In this document: piece by piece, positions 45,276-54,743 of the stretch
How the letters are laid out: the number at the start of each line of letters is the position of its first letter
How positions within the stretch are numbered: position 1 is the stretch's first letter
Origin: a virus
DNA length: 64,000 nucleotides
Direction: 5' to 3' (one strand)
IMG/VR virus record: IMGVR_UViG_3300036851_000098
Location: 1 to 64,000 of that record
Notes under the pieces: model-generated
The model's input: only the letters and a program-made list of their open reading frames with translations
The model's database searches: none
What the model was told of the DNA's origin: nothing
Made by a program: the position numbers and the translations under genes

Positions 45276-48139
45276 TGCGCGTTACTGAAGAAGACTACTT
45301 GATGCATTACGGCATCAAGCGTAAGTCAGGTCGGTATCCTTGGGGATCTGGTCAGAATCCTCTACAACGTTCAAAGACGTTCCTAGGAATAATCGAGCAA
45401 CACAAGAAAATCGACAAAATGACTGAGTCCGAGATTGCTAGGGCATACTCGGATAATGATCACAAACTCAGTGTCGCTGACATTAGAGCAATGAGGTCTA
45501 TTGCTGGTGCAGAAGTCAAGATGGATCAGATTCGTACTGCCCAACGTCTAAGAGATAAGGGTATGGGCGCGTCTGCGATTGCAAGGCAGATGGACCTAAA
45601 CGAGTCTACTGTCCGTTCGCTTCTGGAGCCAGGTAGGCAGGAGAAGTTGGACATTCTCATGAATACCGCCGACATGCTCAAGCGGCAGGTCGAAGAAAAG
45701 GGTATGATTGACGTCGGTTCAAACGTCAATCTAGATCTTCCGATTGGCGACAATCCTGCCACCCGAATCGGAATTAGTCCAGATAAGTTTGCTACTGCTC
45801 TTTCCATGCTCAAGGAAGAGGGCTACCAAGTTCATACTTTCAACGCCCCTCAGGTTGGAACTGGAGAGATGACCAAGTACAAGGTGCTGGTCAAGCCTGG
45901 GGTTACGCAGAAAGAAGCTTGGTCCAATCGTGACAACATTCGTCTGATCTCGGAAAAGACCGACGATCGTGGCAGAAATTTCACCGATTTTGGTATCCAG
46001 CCTCCGTTGAATGTCTCCTCCAAGCGAGTGGGCATCAACTATAAGGAGGATGGTGGTAGTGACGCGGACGGCGTGATCTATGTTCGTCCTGGTGTCCCTG
46101 ATATAACGCTTGGTAAATCTCGTTATGCTCAGGTTCGTATTGCGATTGATGGTTCACACTATCTCAAGGGTATGGCTGTCTACAAAGACAATCTACCCCC
46201 TGGCATGGATCTTCAGTTCAATACGAACAAGTCCAACACGGGCAATAAGCGTGACGCTATGAAACCCCTGAAGAGGGACCCTCAAACGGGTGAGGTCGAT
46301 AAGGATAACCCATTTGGTGCCGTCATCAAGAAGGATGGCCAGATCCTAGATAAGAATGGGAAAGTCAAGTCGGCGATGAATCTCATCAACGAAGAGGGTG
46401 ATTGGGATACATGGTCAAGAAACTTGTCCAGTCAGGTTCTCTCGAAGCAGAAGCCTGAACTAATTAAGACCCAATTGGATCTTACTCATGATCGGCGTAG
46501 AGCTGAGCTTGAAGAAATTCGCTCGCTCACTAACCCGCAGATCAAGAGAAAGCTTCTCGAAACTTTCGCTGAAGAGACTGATGCTGCAGCTGTGCATCTC
46601 AAAGCAGCAGCTATGCCTAATCAGGCTACTAAAGTCATTCTTCCGTCGAACAAAGTAAAGCCTAATGAGATCTTTGCTCCTACTTTCAGGGATGGAGACA
46701 AGGTTGCTCTTGTGCGATTCCCTCATGCGGGAACGTTCGAGATTCCAGAACTGACTGTTAACAACAAGTCACGTGAAGCAAAGGCTCTAGTTGGACTGAA
46801 CAAGGGTGGGACAGCAAGAGACGCTGTAGTCATTCACCCCAAGGTAGCAGAGAGACTATCTGGTGCTGACTTTGATGGCGACGCTGTCGTTGTCATTCCA
46901 AACAATCGTGGGCGGATTACCCATAAGCCCCCGTTGGAGGGACTTAAGGGATTTGATCCTCAAAGCGAATTTGCTCCCTATCATGGTATGAAGACCATTG
47001 ATGGAGGAACGTACAACGCTACTACAAAGAAGATCGAATACCCTAAGGACAAGGACGGTAACGAACGCAGTCCCAACAAGTCGAGAAAACAGCATGAGAT
47101 GGGTAACGTTACCAACCTAATCTCTGACATGACCATTCGTGGTGCTAACAACGACGAGATAGCTCGTGCAGTGAAGCACTCTATGGTGGTTATCGATTCT
47201 GAGAAGCATGTTCTCGACTTCAAGGCTTCGGAGAGAATCAACGGAATCACAGCTCTTAAGAAGAAGTATCAAGGCGTGCACCCTAAGACAGGGCAAGCAC
47301 GTGGTGCTTCTACGATCATTACTCGTGCTACTGCACAGACTCATCCTGTACAAAGGAAGGACGCATCAGCTGGTCCTGGCAGAACTAGGATCTCTAGTGG
47401 TACGGTTGACAATCGTACAGGTAAGAAGCTGTATGAACCTACGGGTAAGCGTAAGCGTGACGGTAGTCTAGCTACGTTTAAGTCTCAGAAGTTGGCTGAG
47501 ACAGATGATGCCTTTGAGTTGGTGTCAAAAGGTAGGGGCACTACGGAAGAACAGCTCTATGCTGAGCATTCTAATCGGCTTAAGGCTATGGCCAATGAGG
47601 TACGTAAAGAACTAATCCGTATCAAGCCCATCCCCTACTCGCCCTCAGCCAACAAGGTGTACAAGCATGAAGTGGATTCGCTTACAGCGAAATTGCGTAA
47701 GGCTGAAAAGAACGCCCCCCTCGAACGGCAGGCCCAGGCTGTAGCCAGGCGGATCGTTGCGGATCGTAAACGCGCAAACCCAGGGATGGAGAAGGACGAG
47801 GAGCGGAAGATCAAAGGTCAGGCGTTGACCGAAGCTCGACGTAGAACAGGAGCGGGTAAAGTACGCCTAGGTTCTGATGAATCCCCCATTACTGATCGTG
47901 AGTGGGAAGCTATTCAGAATGGTGCGATCTCGAATCACATGTTGGATAACATCTTGAAGAACTCTAACATAGACAAGATCCGTGAGCGCGCAACACCTAG
48001 AGAGAAGCCTGTGATGAGTAATGTCATGACAGCTAGGGCCAGGCAGATGATTGCGTCTGGGTACCCATTGTCGGTCATTGCTGAGCAACTGGACATTCCT
48101 GTGTCCACCCTTAAGTCTGGGCTTGAGGATGGGGGGTGA
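45275..48139 (+). CDS. Single-chain two-barrel (DPBB) RNA polymerase with terminal HTH domains
   Basis: DG..Y, QVR...LKG, RFPHAG and LSGADFDGD (46868-46882); HTH at N- and C-termini. Confidence 0.8.
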   Translation: MRVTEEDYLMHYGIKRKSGRYPWGSGQNPLQRSKTFLGIIEQHKKIDKMTESEIARAYSDNDHKLSVADIRAMRSIAGAEVKMDQIRTAQRLRDKGMGASAIARQMDLNESTVRSLLEPGRQEKLDILMNTADMLKRQVEEKGMIDVGSNVNLDLPIGDNPATRIGISPDKFATALSMLKEEGYQVHTFNAPQVGTGEMTKYKVLVKPGVTQKEAWSNRDNIRLISEKTDDRGRNFTDFGIQPPLNVSSKRVGINYKEDGGSDADGVIYVRPGVPDITLGKSRYAQVRIAIDGSHYLKGMAVYKDNLPPGMDLQFNTNKSNTGNKRDAMKPLKRDPQTGEVDKDNPFGAVIKKDGQILDKNGKVKSAMNLINEEGDWDTWSRNLSSQVLSKQKPELIKTQLDLTHDRRRAELEEIRSLTNPQIKRKLLETFAEETDAAAVHLKAAAMPNQATKVILPSNKVKPNEIFAPTFRDGDKVALVRFPHAGTFEIPELTVNNKSREAKALVGLNKGGTARDAVVIHPKVAERLSGADFDGDAVVVIPNNRGRITHKPPLEGLKGFDPQSEFAPYHGMKTIDGGTYNATTKKIEYPKDKDGNERSPNKSRKQHEMGNVTNLISDMTIRGANNDEIARAVKHSMVVIDSEKHVLDFKASERINGITALKKKYQGVHPKTGQARGASTIITRATAQTHPVQRKDASAGPGRTRISSGTVDNRTGKKLYEPTGKRKRDGSLATFKSQKLAETDDAFELVSKGRGTTEEQLYAEHSNRLKAMANEVRKELIRIKPIPYSPSANKVYKHEVDSLTAKLRKAEKNAPLERQAQAVARRIVADRKRANPGMEKDEERKIKGQALTEARRRTGAGKVRLGSDESPITDREWEAIQNGAISNHMLDNILKNSNIDKIRERATPREKPVMSNVMTARARQMIASGYPLSVIAEQLDIPVSTLKSGLEDGG

Positions 48140-48143
48140 AACA

Positions 48144-48434
48144 GTGGCTCACGAACCTGAATACATGTTGACAACGGTAGACAACCCATTTGATCCTTGG
48201 ACACAGTGGGATGAATGGTTCGCTTACGATCAGAATTCTGGGTACAATACCCCCGGCCTCCTGGCCAGGGTAGCTCTTGCCTCTAACGAATTAGCTGAAG
48301 TGGATCAAGATCATGCTATCCAGACAGCTATCCAAGAGATCGTGCGCGAGAATGTTTCTGGTGTTCATACGAAAGTGAAAGAAGGAGAAGTACAAACACT
48401 TTCTAATCAGAACGAATCTGAGACCGAGGCATAA
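48144..48434 (+). CDS. Conserved small protein directly downstream of the RNAP gene
   Basis: MLTTVDNPFDP.TQWDEW..YD...GYNT...LAR. Confidence 0.65.
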   Translation: MAHEPEYMLTTVDNPFDPWTQWDEWFAYDQNSGYNTPGLLARVALASNELAEVDQDHAIQTAIQEIVRENVSGVHTKVKEGEVQTLSNQNESETEA

Positions 48435-48589
48435 GGTTTATGTTAAATCTCAGGTATAGAAATTAGGTATCTCACATGAGTGAAGCACGACCCCCCTACC
48501 TCCACCTACCATGGATAGATAGTTAAAGAAAAACTTTTTCATACATGTTCTTTTCTTTTTTTTTGTAAAAGATTAGAAAAGAAATTTTT

Positions 48590-48680
48590 AGAACGGGTAG
48601 GGGGGAGGGGTCAAAAAAATTTAACCCCCCGTGTGCATCGCTCGGCTCCCAAAAATATCCCCGGGGGGATTTTTTCTGGG
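48590..48680. other. Probable genome terminus/cos region
   Basis: Non-coding junction between the RNAP operon and the packaging/lysis module; G/C/A homopolymer runs and CGCTCGGCTCC followed by AAAAATATCCCCGGGGGGATTTT. Confidence 0.5.
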
Positions 48681-48788
48681 AACAATCTGGTATGGTACCC
48701 GGCATAAACCCCTTGGTAAGCGCGAAGAAGCCTTACTCATCAGTTCGAAACATAGTGCAAAAATTTTCAGATAAGAAAGGAGGCACCG

Positions 48789-49475
48789 ATGGGCATCCAT
48801 GTCAAGGGTGTTGAACAGCAGTACTCCAATCTGGGCCGCCAGATGGTTCATGATTCCAAGTCGCGTGCCTTCCCAACCGATGTCATCATCGACAAATCGA
48901 AGTGGGTTGATAAGAAGGTTCGTATCTACGACCCTGAGATCAATCCGAATCAGTGTCACGGCGAGTGCACGGGTTGCGCGAAAGCGATGGAGATGAATGC
49001 GCTTGGTAATCGGGTCGCCGGTGTTGTTCTCGGAATGAACAAAGCACACGAACTGTATTCGGCGGCAACTAAGATCGATCCATTCGAAGGAACGTGGCCG
49101 CCTGAAGATACTGGGTCGTCTGGTCTCGCTGCAGCGAAGGCGGCAAAAGCCTTAGGGCTCGGTGGGGCCTATCGTCACGTATTCGGTGGAGCAAACGAAG
49201 TTGTGCAGTTGATCATGCTCGGCCGCGTTGTCAACATCGGGACGTGGTGGTACGAAGGTATGTTCCACCCGAACTCATACAAAGTCATCGTGCCAACTGG
49301 CGACATTGTTGGCGGCCATCAGTACATCGCAAGAGGGTACGATGTCGACACCGACCGTGTCATGATTCGCTGCTGGTGGGGCTCGTTCCGAGATGTATGG
49401 ATCAAACGGTCGGACCTTCATAAGCTTTTACTGGATGGTGGGGATGCTCACATCCAGGATCGACTCAAGCCGTAG
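48789..49475 (+). CDS. Papain-like cysteine peptidase
   Basis: NQ..GECTG.A, LYS.AT..D, DTGSS, GGHQY, WG...VWI. Confidence 0.7.
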   Translation: MGIHVKGVEQQYSNLGRQMVHDSKSRAFPTDVIIDKSKWVDKKVRIYDPEINPNQCHGECTGCAKAMEMNALGNRVAGVVLGMNKAHELYSAATKIDPFEGTWPPEDTGSSGLAAAKAAKALGLGGAYRHVFGGANEVVQLIMLGRVVNIGTWWYEGMFHPNSYKVIVPTGDIVGGHQYIARGYDVDTDRVMIRCWWGSFRDVWIKRSDLHKLLLDGGDAHIQDRLKP

Positions 49476-49617
49476 CTTATGACTGTCCTGTTTAGTGTGA
49501 TAAACATTCATTCGGGTGCAGTCATATCCACCGTGACATACGTTGTCGGGCTGAAGTCCGATCGCGTACTATCGGTATCGTCAGGTAAGAGATAGTACAC
49601 ACAACTAAGGAGGCATC

Positions 49618-49830
49618 ATGGCCCCTATCGAAGACGAGAATGTCCCGCACGAGGCTGAGCACGCTGCTGCAACCGATGCTCAGATGCGCCGCACTTCAGA
49701 TCACGCGGCCATCGCAGATCTCGCGGCCCCGTCCGCGGCATATGTGGAGGCTGAGCAGATCGCACAGACCAACGCGATCAATGCGATCCTCGACGTCCTC
49801 CGAGACGCCGAGCTGATCCCGAGCGCGTAA
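49618..49830 (+). CDS. Small head-fibre-like protein
   Basis: AAIADL.....INAILDVLRDAELI fibre-terminal pattern. Confidence 0.45.
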   Translation: MAPIEDENVPHEAEHAAATDAQMRRTSDHAAIADLAAPSAAYVEAEQIAQTNAINAILDVLRDAELIPSA

Positions 49831-49899
49831 ACTTCTGTGACGTGGGGTAGGCGCTTACTCAGGTCTGCCCCACCTCACGAAGAGGAAGGAGGTGAGTGT

Positions 49900-50145
49900 A
49901 TGAACGCTACCACTCACGAAGCAGTGGGAACCGTGATCGAGTATGTTGATCCGGTCGGTAAGAGTCACGATGCGCTGGTCACCGCTGTTTGGGGACCAGA
50001 TCTTGGTGTGAACTCCATTAACTTGGTGTTCGTTTCGGATAATCATGCGAAGACCGACTCGTGTGGTCGCCAGATTGTACGAGAAACTAGCGTCTCGCCC
50101 GAAGGACCAAACACAGCATACGGTAGATTTTACCGAATCAAGTAG
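49900..50145 (+). CDS. Conserved small phage protein
   Basis: VG..I.Y.......ALVTAVW....INLVF. Confidence 0.55.
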   Translation: MNATTHEAVGTVIEYVDPVGKSHDALVTAVWGPDLGVNSINLVFVSDNHAKTDSCGRQIVRETSVSPEGPNTAYGRFYRIK

Positions 50146-50213
50146 TCTCAATTGGGGTGGCGCCGACGAGGTACCTCAAAGCCCCGAGGCCATATACAAA
50201 CAGGAGAGACATT

Positions 50214-50447
50214 ATGCATCTTACAAAGGATGAACTCGCGCATCGGTTCCAGTTCCATCCGGCCGACGCACAGAACAAGAAGGAAGCTCATGAGGAAGTT
50301 CGCAATGTGTTGCTCGAGGCTGCCGACAAGATTGTTGACCTTACGGGTGCTCAGTCACGTGAACAATCGCTTGCGGTGACCCATCTCGAGGAAGCTATGT
50401 TCTGGGCAAACGCTGCCATTGCACGCGGCGATGGACCGAGGACGTGA
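50214..50447 (+). CDS. Acb2/Tad1-like hairpin protein (putative nucleotide-signal sponge)
   Basis: RF.FH...SREQSLAVTHLEEAMFWANAAIAR. Confidence 0.6.
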   Translation: MHLTKDELAHRFQFHPADAQNKKEAHEEVRNVLLEAADKIVDLTGAQSREQSLAVTHLEEAMFWANAAIARGDGPRT

Positions 50448-50890
50448 GCGCACTTCTCATGATTCCGCGACTTATTGTCGTGGACCGGGAGAACTTCACA
50501 CTCGACATCTATCGATGGCGTACGTTCAAACAACGTTACGATACTCAACATCGATATATGGTCACCGTAGGCAAGGAAGGCAATGAGACTCCTCATGGTC
50601 TGTACTTTGTCGAGCGTAAGACACGAGAAGCAGACTGGCGTATTCCAGAAGACCCGGACTATTCCGAAGAAAGCTGGGGAAGCATCGTTCCACACGGCGC
50701 CCCAGGCAATCCGTTCAAAAGCGGATTCATATCTCTGGGTGGAGATGTATCGGGCATTGGCATTCACGATACGACGTTTGAACCTCGAGTGGGTACAGCG
50801 TCTAGTCATGGGTGTATCCGGATGAGAACTGAGGATTTTCTGGAGATCTATGATAGGTGCAAGATCGGAACACCAGTCTATCTACACTAG
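50444..50890 (+). CDS. L,D-transpeptidase (YkuD)
   Basis: V.VGK...TP.G, IGIH.T, SHGCIRM, GTPV. Confidence 0.85.
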   Translation: MSALLMIPRLIVVDRENFTLDIYRWRTFKQRYDTQHRYMVTVGKEGNETPHGLYFVERKTREADWRIPEDPDYSEESWGSIVPHGAPGNPFKSGFISLGGDVSGIGIHDTTFEPRVGTASSHGCIRMRTEDFLEIYDRCKIGTPVYLH

Positions 50891-50932
50891 GAGAGTTGGC
50901 TAACAGGACTGTAGGGGACCTGGGAGGCAACA

Positions 50933-51253
50933 ATGTATTTCGTTGTACCACAGACGTGGGTTACTCCGGCGATAACCGCCGCGGCTCTTCATTTCGGGCC
51001 AATTGGCCAACCTGTGGAAGTTAAGTATCGGGCTCTCGATTGGGGGATAGGTACGATCGACAGACCGAACGTGATAATTGTGGATAAGCGACCAAGATGG
51101 GATTGGTCTAGAGTAAAAGCTCAATGCACGCTTGTTCATGAGTATGGACATTTGACAGGAAATAGACACTCAGACAATCCGAAATCAGTAATGTATCCGG
51201 TTTACAGATACCGGGTTTGCAAACGATGGCTAATACGCCATGGGGTGCTGTAA
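50933..51253 (+). CDS. Matrixin-like metallopeptidase
   Basis: HEYGHLTG.RHS.NPKSVMYP (HExxHxxGxxH plus Met-turn). Confidence 0.75.
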   Translation: MYFVVPQTWVTPAITAAALHFGPIGQPVEVKYRALDWGIGTIDRPNVIIVDKRPRWDWSRVKAQCTLVHEYGHLTGNRHSDNPKSVMYPVYRYRVCKRWLIRHGVL

Positions 51254-51269
51254 AAGAAGGAGAGATAAA

Positions 51270-51650
51270 TTGACCAACGCACGGCCGAACACAAAGTTCT
51301 TGGACAATCTTGACGAGGCTACTCTTCGCCAAGTGTGTAGCAGGCTAGATGCGCTTGAACCTTATATTGCGGAGCATCGAGATCTTGTCAAACGTCGCCG
51401 TGCGTTGGAGATTCGCCTGGGCAAAATTTCAAAGTCGGATCGAGTGCGACAACTTCTTGCTCATCATCCTAATGGGCTTACACGAGCAGTGATAGGAGAT
51501 AAACTTGACATAACAGTCGGACTGTCGGGAGTGTTGGGTGAACTTAAACGACAAGGGCATATCGATCAGCCTGGGAAAGGACTCTATCGGCTCACTGACC
51601 TTGGCCATCAGGCCACGAGTTCAATGGTGGTTAACCAAAACGCAACCTAA
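51270..51650 (+). CDS. Coiled-coil plus winged-HTH protein
   Basis: TTG after AGGAG; LL..HP.GLT...I...L..LK..G.I....GLYRLT. Confidence 0.55.
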   Translation: MTNARPNTKFLDNLDEATLRQVCSRLDALEPYIAEHRDLVKRRRALEIRLGKISKSDRVRQLLAHHPNGLTRAVIGDKLDITVGLSGVLGELKRQGHIDQPGKGLYRLTDLGHQATSSMVVNQNAT

Positions 51651-52284
51651 TCGACAAGATCATGAAGATCTTGTAAGCGCGGTGATGATTCAGCTTTTAG
51701 AGGCTGAAGTAAGATTTACCGGTACTCCAGAAACTTGGCCAGCATATGCTTGGCCTAGAATCAAAGGCACTATTCTTGACGAAATTCGTAAAACTAAACC
51801 AAGAGGGTTTCGTCGACGGCGACACGATGATACACCTGTGATCGTGTCTATTAACGAATTCATTGGGGAAACCGATCAGACTCTAAGCGATACGATTCCT
51901 GATATAAAAGCGATCATCGATCATGATCCGGTCGCAGAACAGAAATTTGCTGATGCTATCTCCGCACTTTCTGTTAACGAACGGGTTGTGGTTGAGTTAA
52001 TGATTGACCAGGATCTGTCATCAGCCGATATAGCAAAAGTCCTTGGCGTAACTAATGGGCGAGTAAGTCAGATGGCGAAAGCTATTCGACATCAACTAGT
52101 AGAGAGTCTTGCGCACCCAATGCTACGCAAGGAGGCTCTTTGTTCTCTACGCTCTGAAAGCTTTCTCCGTGATCGAGTCCGGAGTGGTCACAGCGTAAGA
52201 GAGATAGCAGACGAACTAGGTGTAGCTCGAACCAGCGTTCGAGAATGGATGAGGCTATACCAAATTCAACCAGTCAATCGCTGA
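51538..52284 (+). CDS. FliA/WhiG-like sigma factor with extra C-terminal HTH (start uncertain)
   Basis: EDLVS.....LLEA..RF, YA..RIKG.ILDEIR, LS.NER.V......LS..DIA.VLGVT.GRVSQ. Confidence 0.75.
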   Translation: MNLNDKGISISLGKDSIGSLTLAIRPRVQWWLTKTQPNRQDHEDLVSAVMIQLLEAEVRFTGTPETWPAYAWPRIKGTILDEIRKTKPRGFRRRRHDDTPVIVSINEFIGETDQTLSDTIPDIKAIIDHDPVAEQKFADAISALSVNERVVVELMIDQDLSSADIAKVLGVTNGRVSQMAKAIRHQLVESLAHPMLRKEALCSLRSESFLRDRVRSGHSVREIADELGVARTSVREWMRLYQIQPVNR

Positions 52285-52325
52285 AGTAAGCGGTCAAACT
52301 AACACTAAAGAAAGGAGTGTGACTA

Positions 52326-52655
52326 ATGGCCAGATCAAGATCGTCTGATCGTAAGAACAACCCAGCGCGCACTCCTGAAGCGCGGGAGCTACAACTTGCC
52401 TCGGCGGCTTACGACCTAGCTGAGGAACAGCTCAACGCTGGCACAGCCTCATCGCAGGTAATCACCCACTTCCTGAAGATGGGGTCAACAAGGGAACGTC
52501 TCGAGCAGCAAAGCATCCAGCACGACATCGAACTCAAGAAGGTGAAGGCCGAGCAGATCGAAGCGCAGAAGCACATTGAGAGCCTCTTTGTCGAGGCCAT
52601 CAGTGCGATGCGGTCGTATCAGGGTGGGGAGCCAGTCGAGTCTCCGGACGAGTAA
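52326..52655 (+). CDS. Conserved packaging-region protein (possible small terminase)
   Basis: PA.TPEARE.QL...A.DLAE.QL..GTASSQVITHFLK.GS.RE.LE; precedes the HNH gene. Confidence 0.6.
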   Translation: MARSRSSDRKNNPARTPEARELQLASAAYDLAEEQLNAGTASSQVITHFLKMGSTRERLEQQSIQHDIELKKVKAEQIEAQKHIESLFVEAISAMRSYQGGEPVESPDE

Positions 52656-52660
52656 GTTCT

Positions 52661-53071
52661 ATGCGAACTCGAACCTATAGAGAGCTTCGACGTATTGGAA
52701 CCTTTGAAGAGCGCTTCCAATATCTCTCGCTTTCTGGTGAAGTCGGAGCAGCGACTTTCGGCTTTGATCGTTGGGTCAATCAGCAGTTCTATCGTTCCAG
52801 AGAGTGGAAGCAAGCTCGCAACTATGTTGTTGTAAGAGACAACGGTTGTGATCTGGGAATTCCTGGTTTAGAAATTCAAAATGGGTATGTGGTTCACCAC
52901 ATGAATCCACTGACTCCAGAAGATTTGGAACGAGGTGGCGATTGGATTCTCGATCCAGAGTATCTGATCACCACCACACATCGCACGCACAACGCCATTC
53001 ACTACGGTGATGAGAGTTTACTCCGCAGAGCGCCTGTTGAAAGACGACCTGGGGATACAAAGCTGTGGTAA
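52661..53071 (+). CDS. HNH endonuclease (packaging-associated)
   Basis: RDNGCDLG...HHMNP...YLITT.H.THNAIHYG. Confidence 0.8.
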   Translation: MRTRTYRELRRIGTFEERFQYLSLSGEVGAATFGFDRWVNQQFYRSREWKQARNYVVVRDNGCDLGIPGLEIQNGYVVHHMNPLTPEDLERGGDWILDPEYLITTTHRTHNAIHYGDESLLRRAPVERRPGDTKLW

Positions 53072-53198
53072 CTCATCCACAGTAAAGGATCGTGAACGAC
53101 CCGGCTTCGTAGGAGCTGAAGCGAGATGAGCGGGGAGGGCGATGGCCCCGGTTGAGTCGTCCAACCGTCGACCCGTTGAATAGACATAAAGGAGAGTA

Positions 53199-53918
53199 AT
53201 GTCAAGATTTATCCTCGATACGAGGCTGAGTGAAGCTCACTACGTTCTTTGTACGGAAGCCATTCGTCGTGGCATCATCACGCCGAGCGATCTTAACGAA
53301 GGTCGCCGGACAATGGACGAACAGTGGGCATTCTATAACAATCAGCCCCCATTGGCTGCATATCCTCGTCCGACTGCCCCACACATCTGGGCAGGTAAGG
53401 CGAATCATGCAATTGATGCCAACTCCTGGAATGGCGCGGCGCGACGTCTGGCCAACTTCTACGAGAGTCAAGGCGTTGACGTCGTTTTCAACGTTCCGGG
53501 TGAGAATTGGCACTTCCAGCCTACATCTGAGTCGCAGCTTCTCAATGCTGCTAATCGGATTCGGGATCGCCGCGATCTCCTAATTTCCAAAGTTGGAGAG
53601 ACCGAGCCACGTATCAACTTCTTCAAGTTCCAGCTGCACTACATTCACGATCCGGATACTGGGAAGTCATATTTCCAGCCTGGTCAGAAGCGCCCTGACG
53701 AAGGCTACGGAGACAAGTTCACTCCGGAGCTTGAAACTTCAGTTAAGAAGTTCCAACGAGATCACGATCTCAAGGCTGACGGCGTCATCGGGCCGATCAC
53801 CGATCGTAAGATCGATGCCGCGTATACGCGCGCGAAGAACAACCGTACACTCAAGTCTGTTGAGCTGCATGCCAAGGAGCGTAAGGCTCGGGTCGAGGCT
53901 GGAAAGGCGGCGATGTGA
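53199..53918 (+). CDS. Endolysin: M15-like peptidase plus peptidoglycan-binding domain
   Basis: R...EQ, AA.P..A.H, AID, E.WHF; VKKFQ....LKADG.IGP.T. Confidence 0.75.
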   Translation: MSRFILDTRLSEAHYVLCTEAIRRGIITPSDLNEGRRTMDEQWAFYNNQPPLAAYPRPTAPHIWAGKANHAIDANSWNGAARRLANFYESQGVDVVFNVPGENWHFQPTSESQLLNAANRIRDRRDLLISKVGETEPRINFFKFQLHYIHDPDTGKSYFQPGQKRPDEGYGDKFTPELETSVKKFQRDHDLKADGVIGPITDRKIDAAYTRAKNNRTLKSVELHAKERKARVEAGKAAM

Positions 53919-54710
53919 ATGACACTACCGAGTAGTCCGCCAATTTATCGGAGTTGGACGGAGCTAGTTGCACCGATTCGTTTTGGCGAAGGTCTGTCCA
54001 GCCATGGTTGGGAAACAGGTACCTGGCGTGTTTATGCATTGCAGACGGGCTTGAAGGCCGTTGGTCGTGACACTGTGCCAGATGGAATGTTTGGTGAGTA
54101 TACCAAGAAGCAAGTGATCGGATTCCAGGCTAATAATGGGCTTACAGCAGATGGAATCGCTGGACAGCTAACACAACGTGCACTTGTTAAGAAGGCTGCA
54201 ACGCGCTTGCGTGACATGTTTTACCCGCGCGTGCCTGAGGGCATGATGTTTGGTATTGCAATCAAGGAAACATCCGGTTTTGTCGGAGCGACCAACGACT
54301 TCGATCCGAGTCTGTCAGATCTGGGTTGCGATTGCGGTGTGATTCAGCGTCGGGTCAAAGGTCCGCCATATTCCATGGAAACTCTGTTGCTCGCGTTTGA
54401 TGTTGCCCAGGCATTGATCTGGGGAGCGGTTGACGACGGCGGCGGCGATCCAGGAAAGATGAAGGGATATTTGCCGCGTTACGATCGGCTTACTCGCGCA
54501 CAGCCGACTCTTTCTGAGCTGACTAAGCGTAAAGCCGTGATCATCGCTCACAACGCACCGTTCATGTATGAGCAGTTCGTTGACCACGGGCGTTTGACGA
54601 CTCCGAATGCGCTTGCGAAGTGGACACTCAAGCCTGGTGGCGGTCACTATACGCATGCCGAGTGGCTAGAAGTCTACACGAGCGAAGTTCTTTCATTCGT
54701 GACTGGGTAA
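53919..54710 (+). CDS. Peptidoglycan-binding protein with lysozyme-like domain
   Basis: LQ..L....DG.FG..T...V..FQ..NGL.ADGIAG..T; KETS...DCG.IQ. Confidence 0.65.
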   Translation: MTLPSSPPIYRSWTELVAPIRFGEGLSSHGWETGTWRVYALQTGLKAVGRDTVPDGMFGEYTKKQVIGFQANNGLTADGIAGQLTQRALVKKAATRLRDMFYPRVPEGMMFGIAIKETSGFVGATNDFDPSLSDLGCDCGVIQRRVKGPPYSMETLLLAFDVAQALIWGAVDDGGGDPGKMKGYLPRYDRLTRAQPTLSELTKRKAVIIAHNAPFMYEQFVDHGRLTTPNALAKWTLKPGGGHYTHAEWLEVYTSEVLSFVTG

Positions 54711-54743
54711 CTACTTAGAACGCTAACCAAGGAGGCGATTTTC

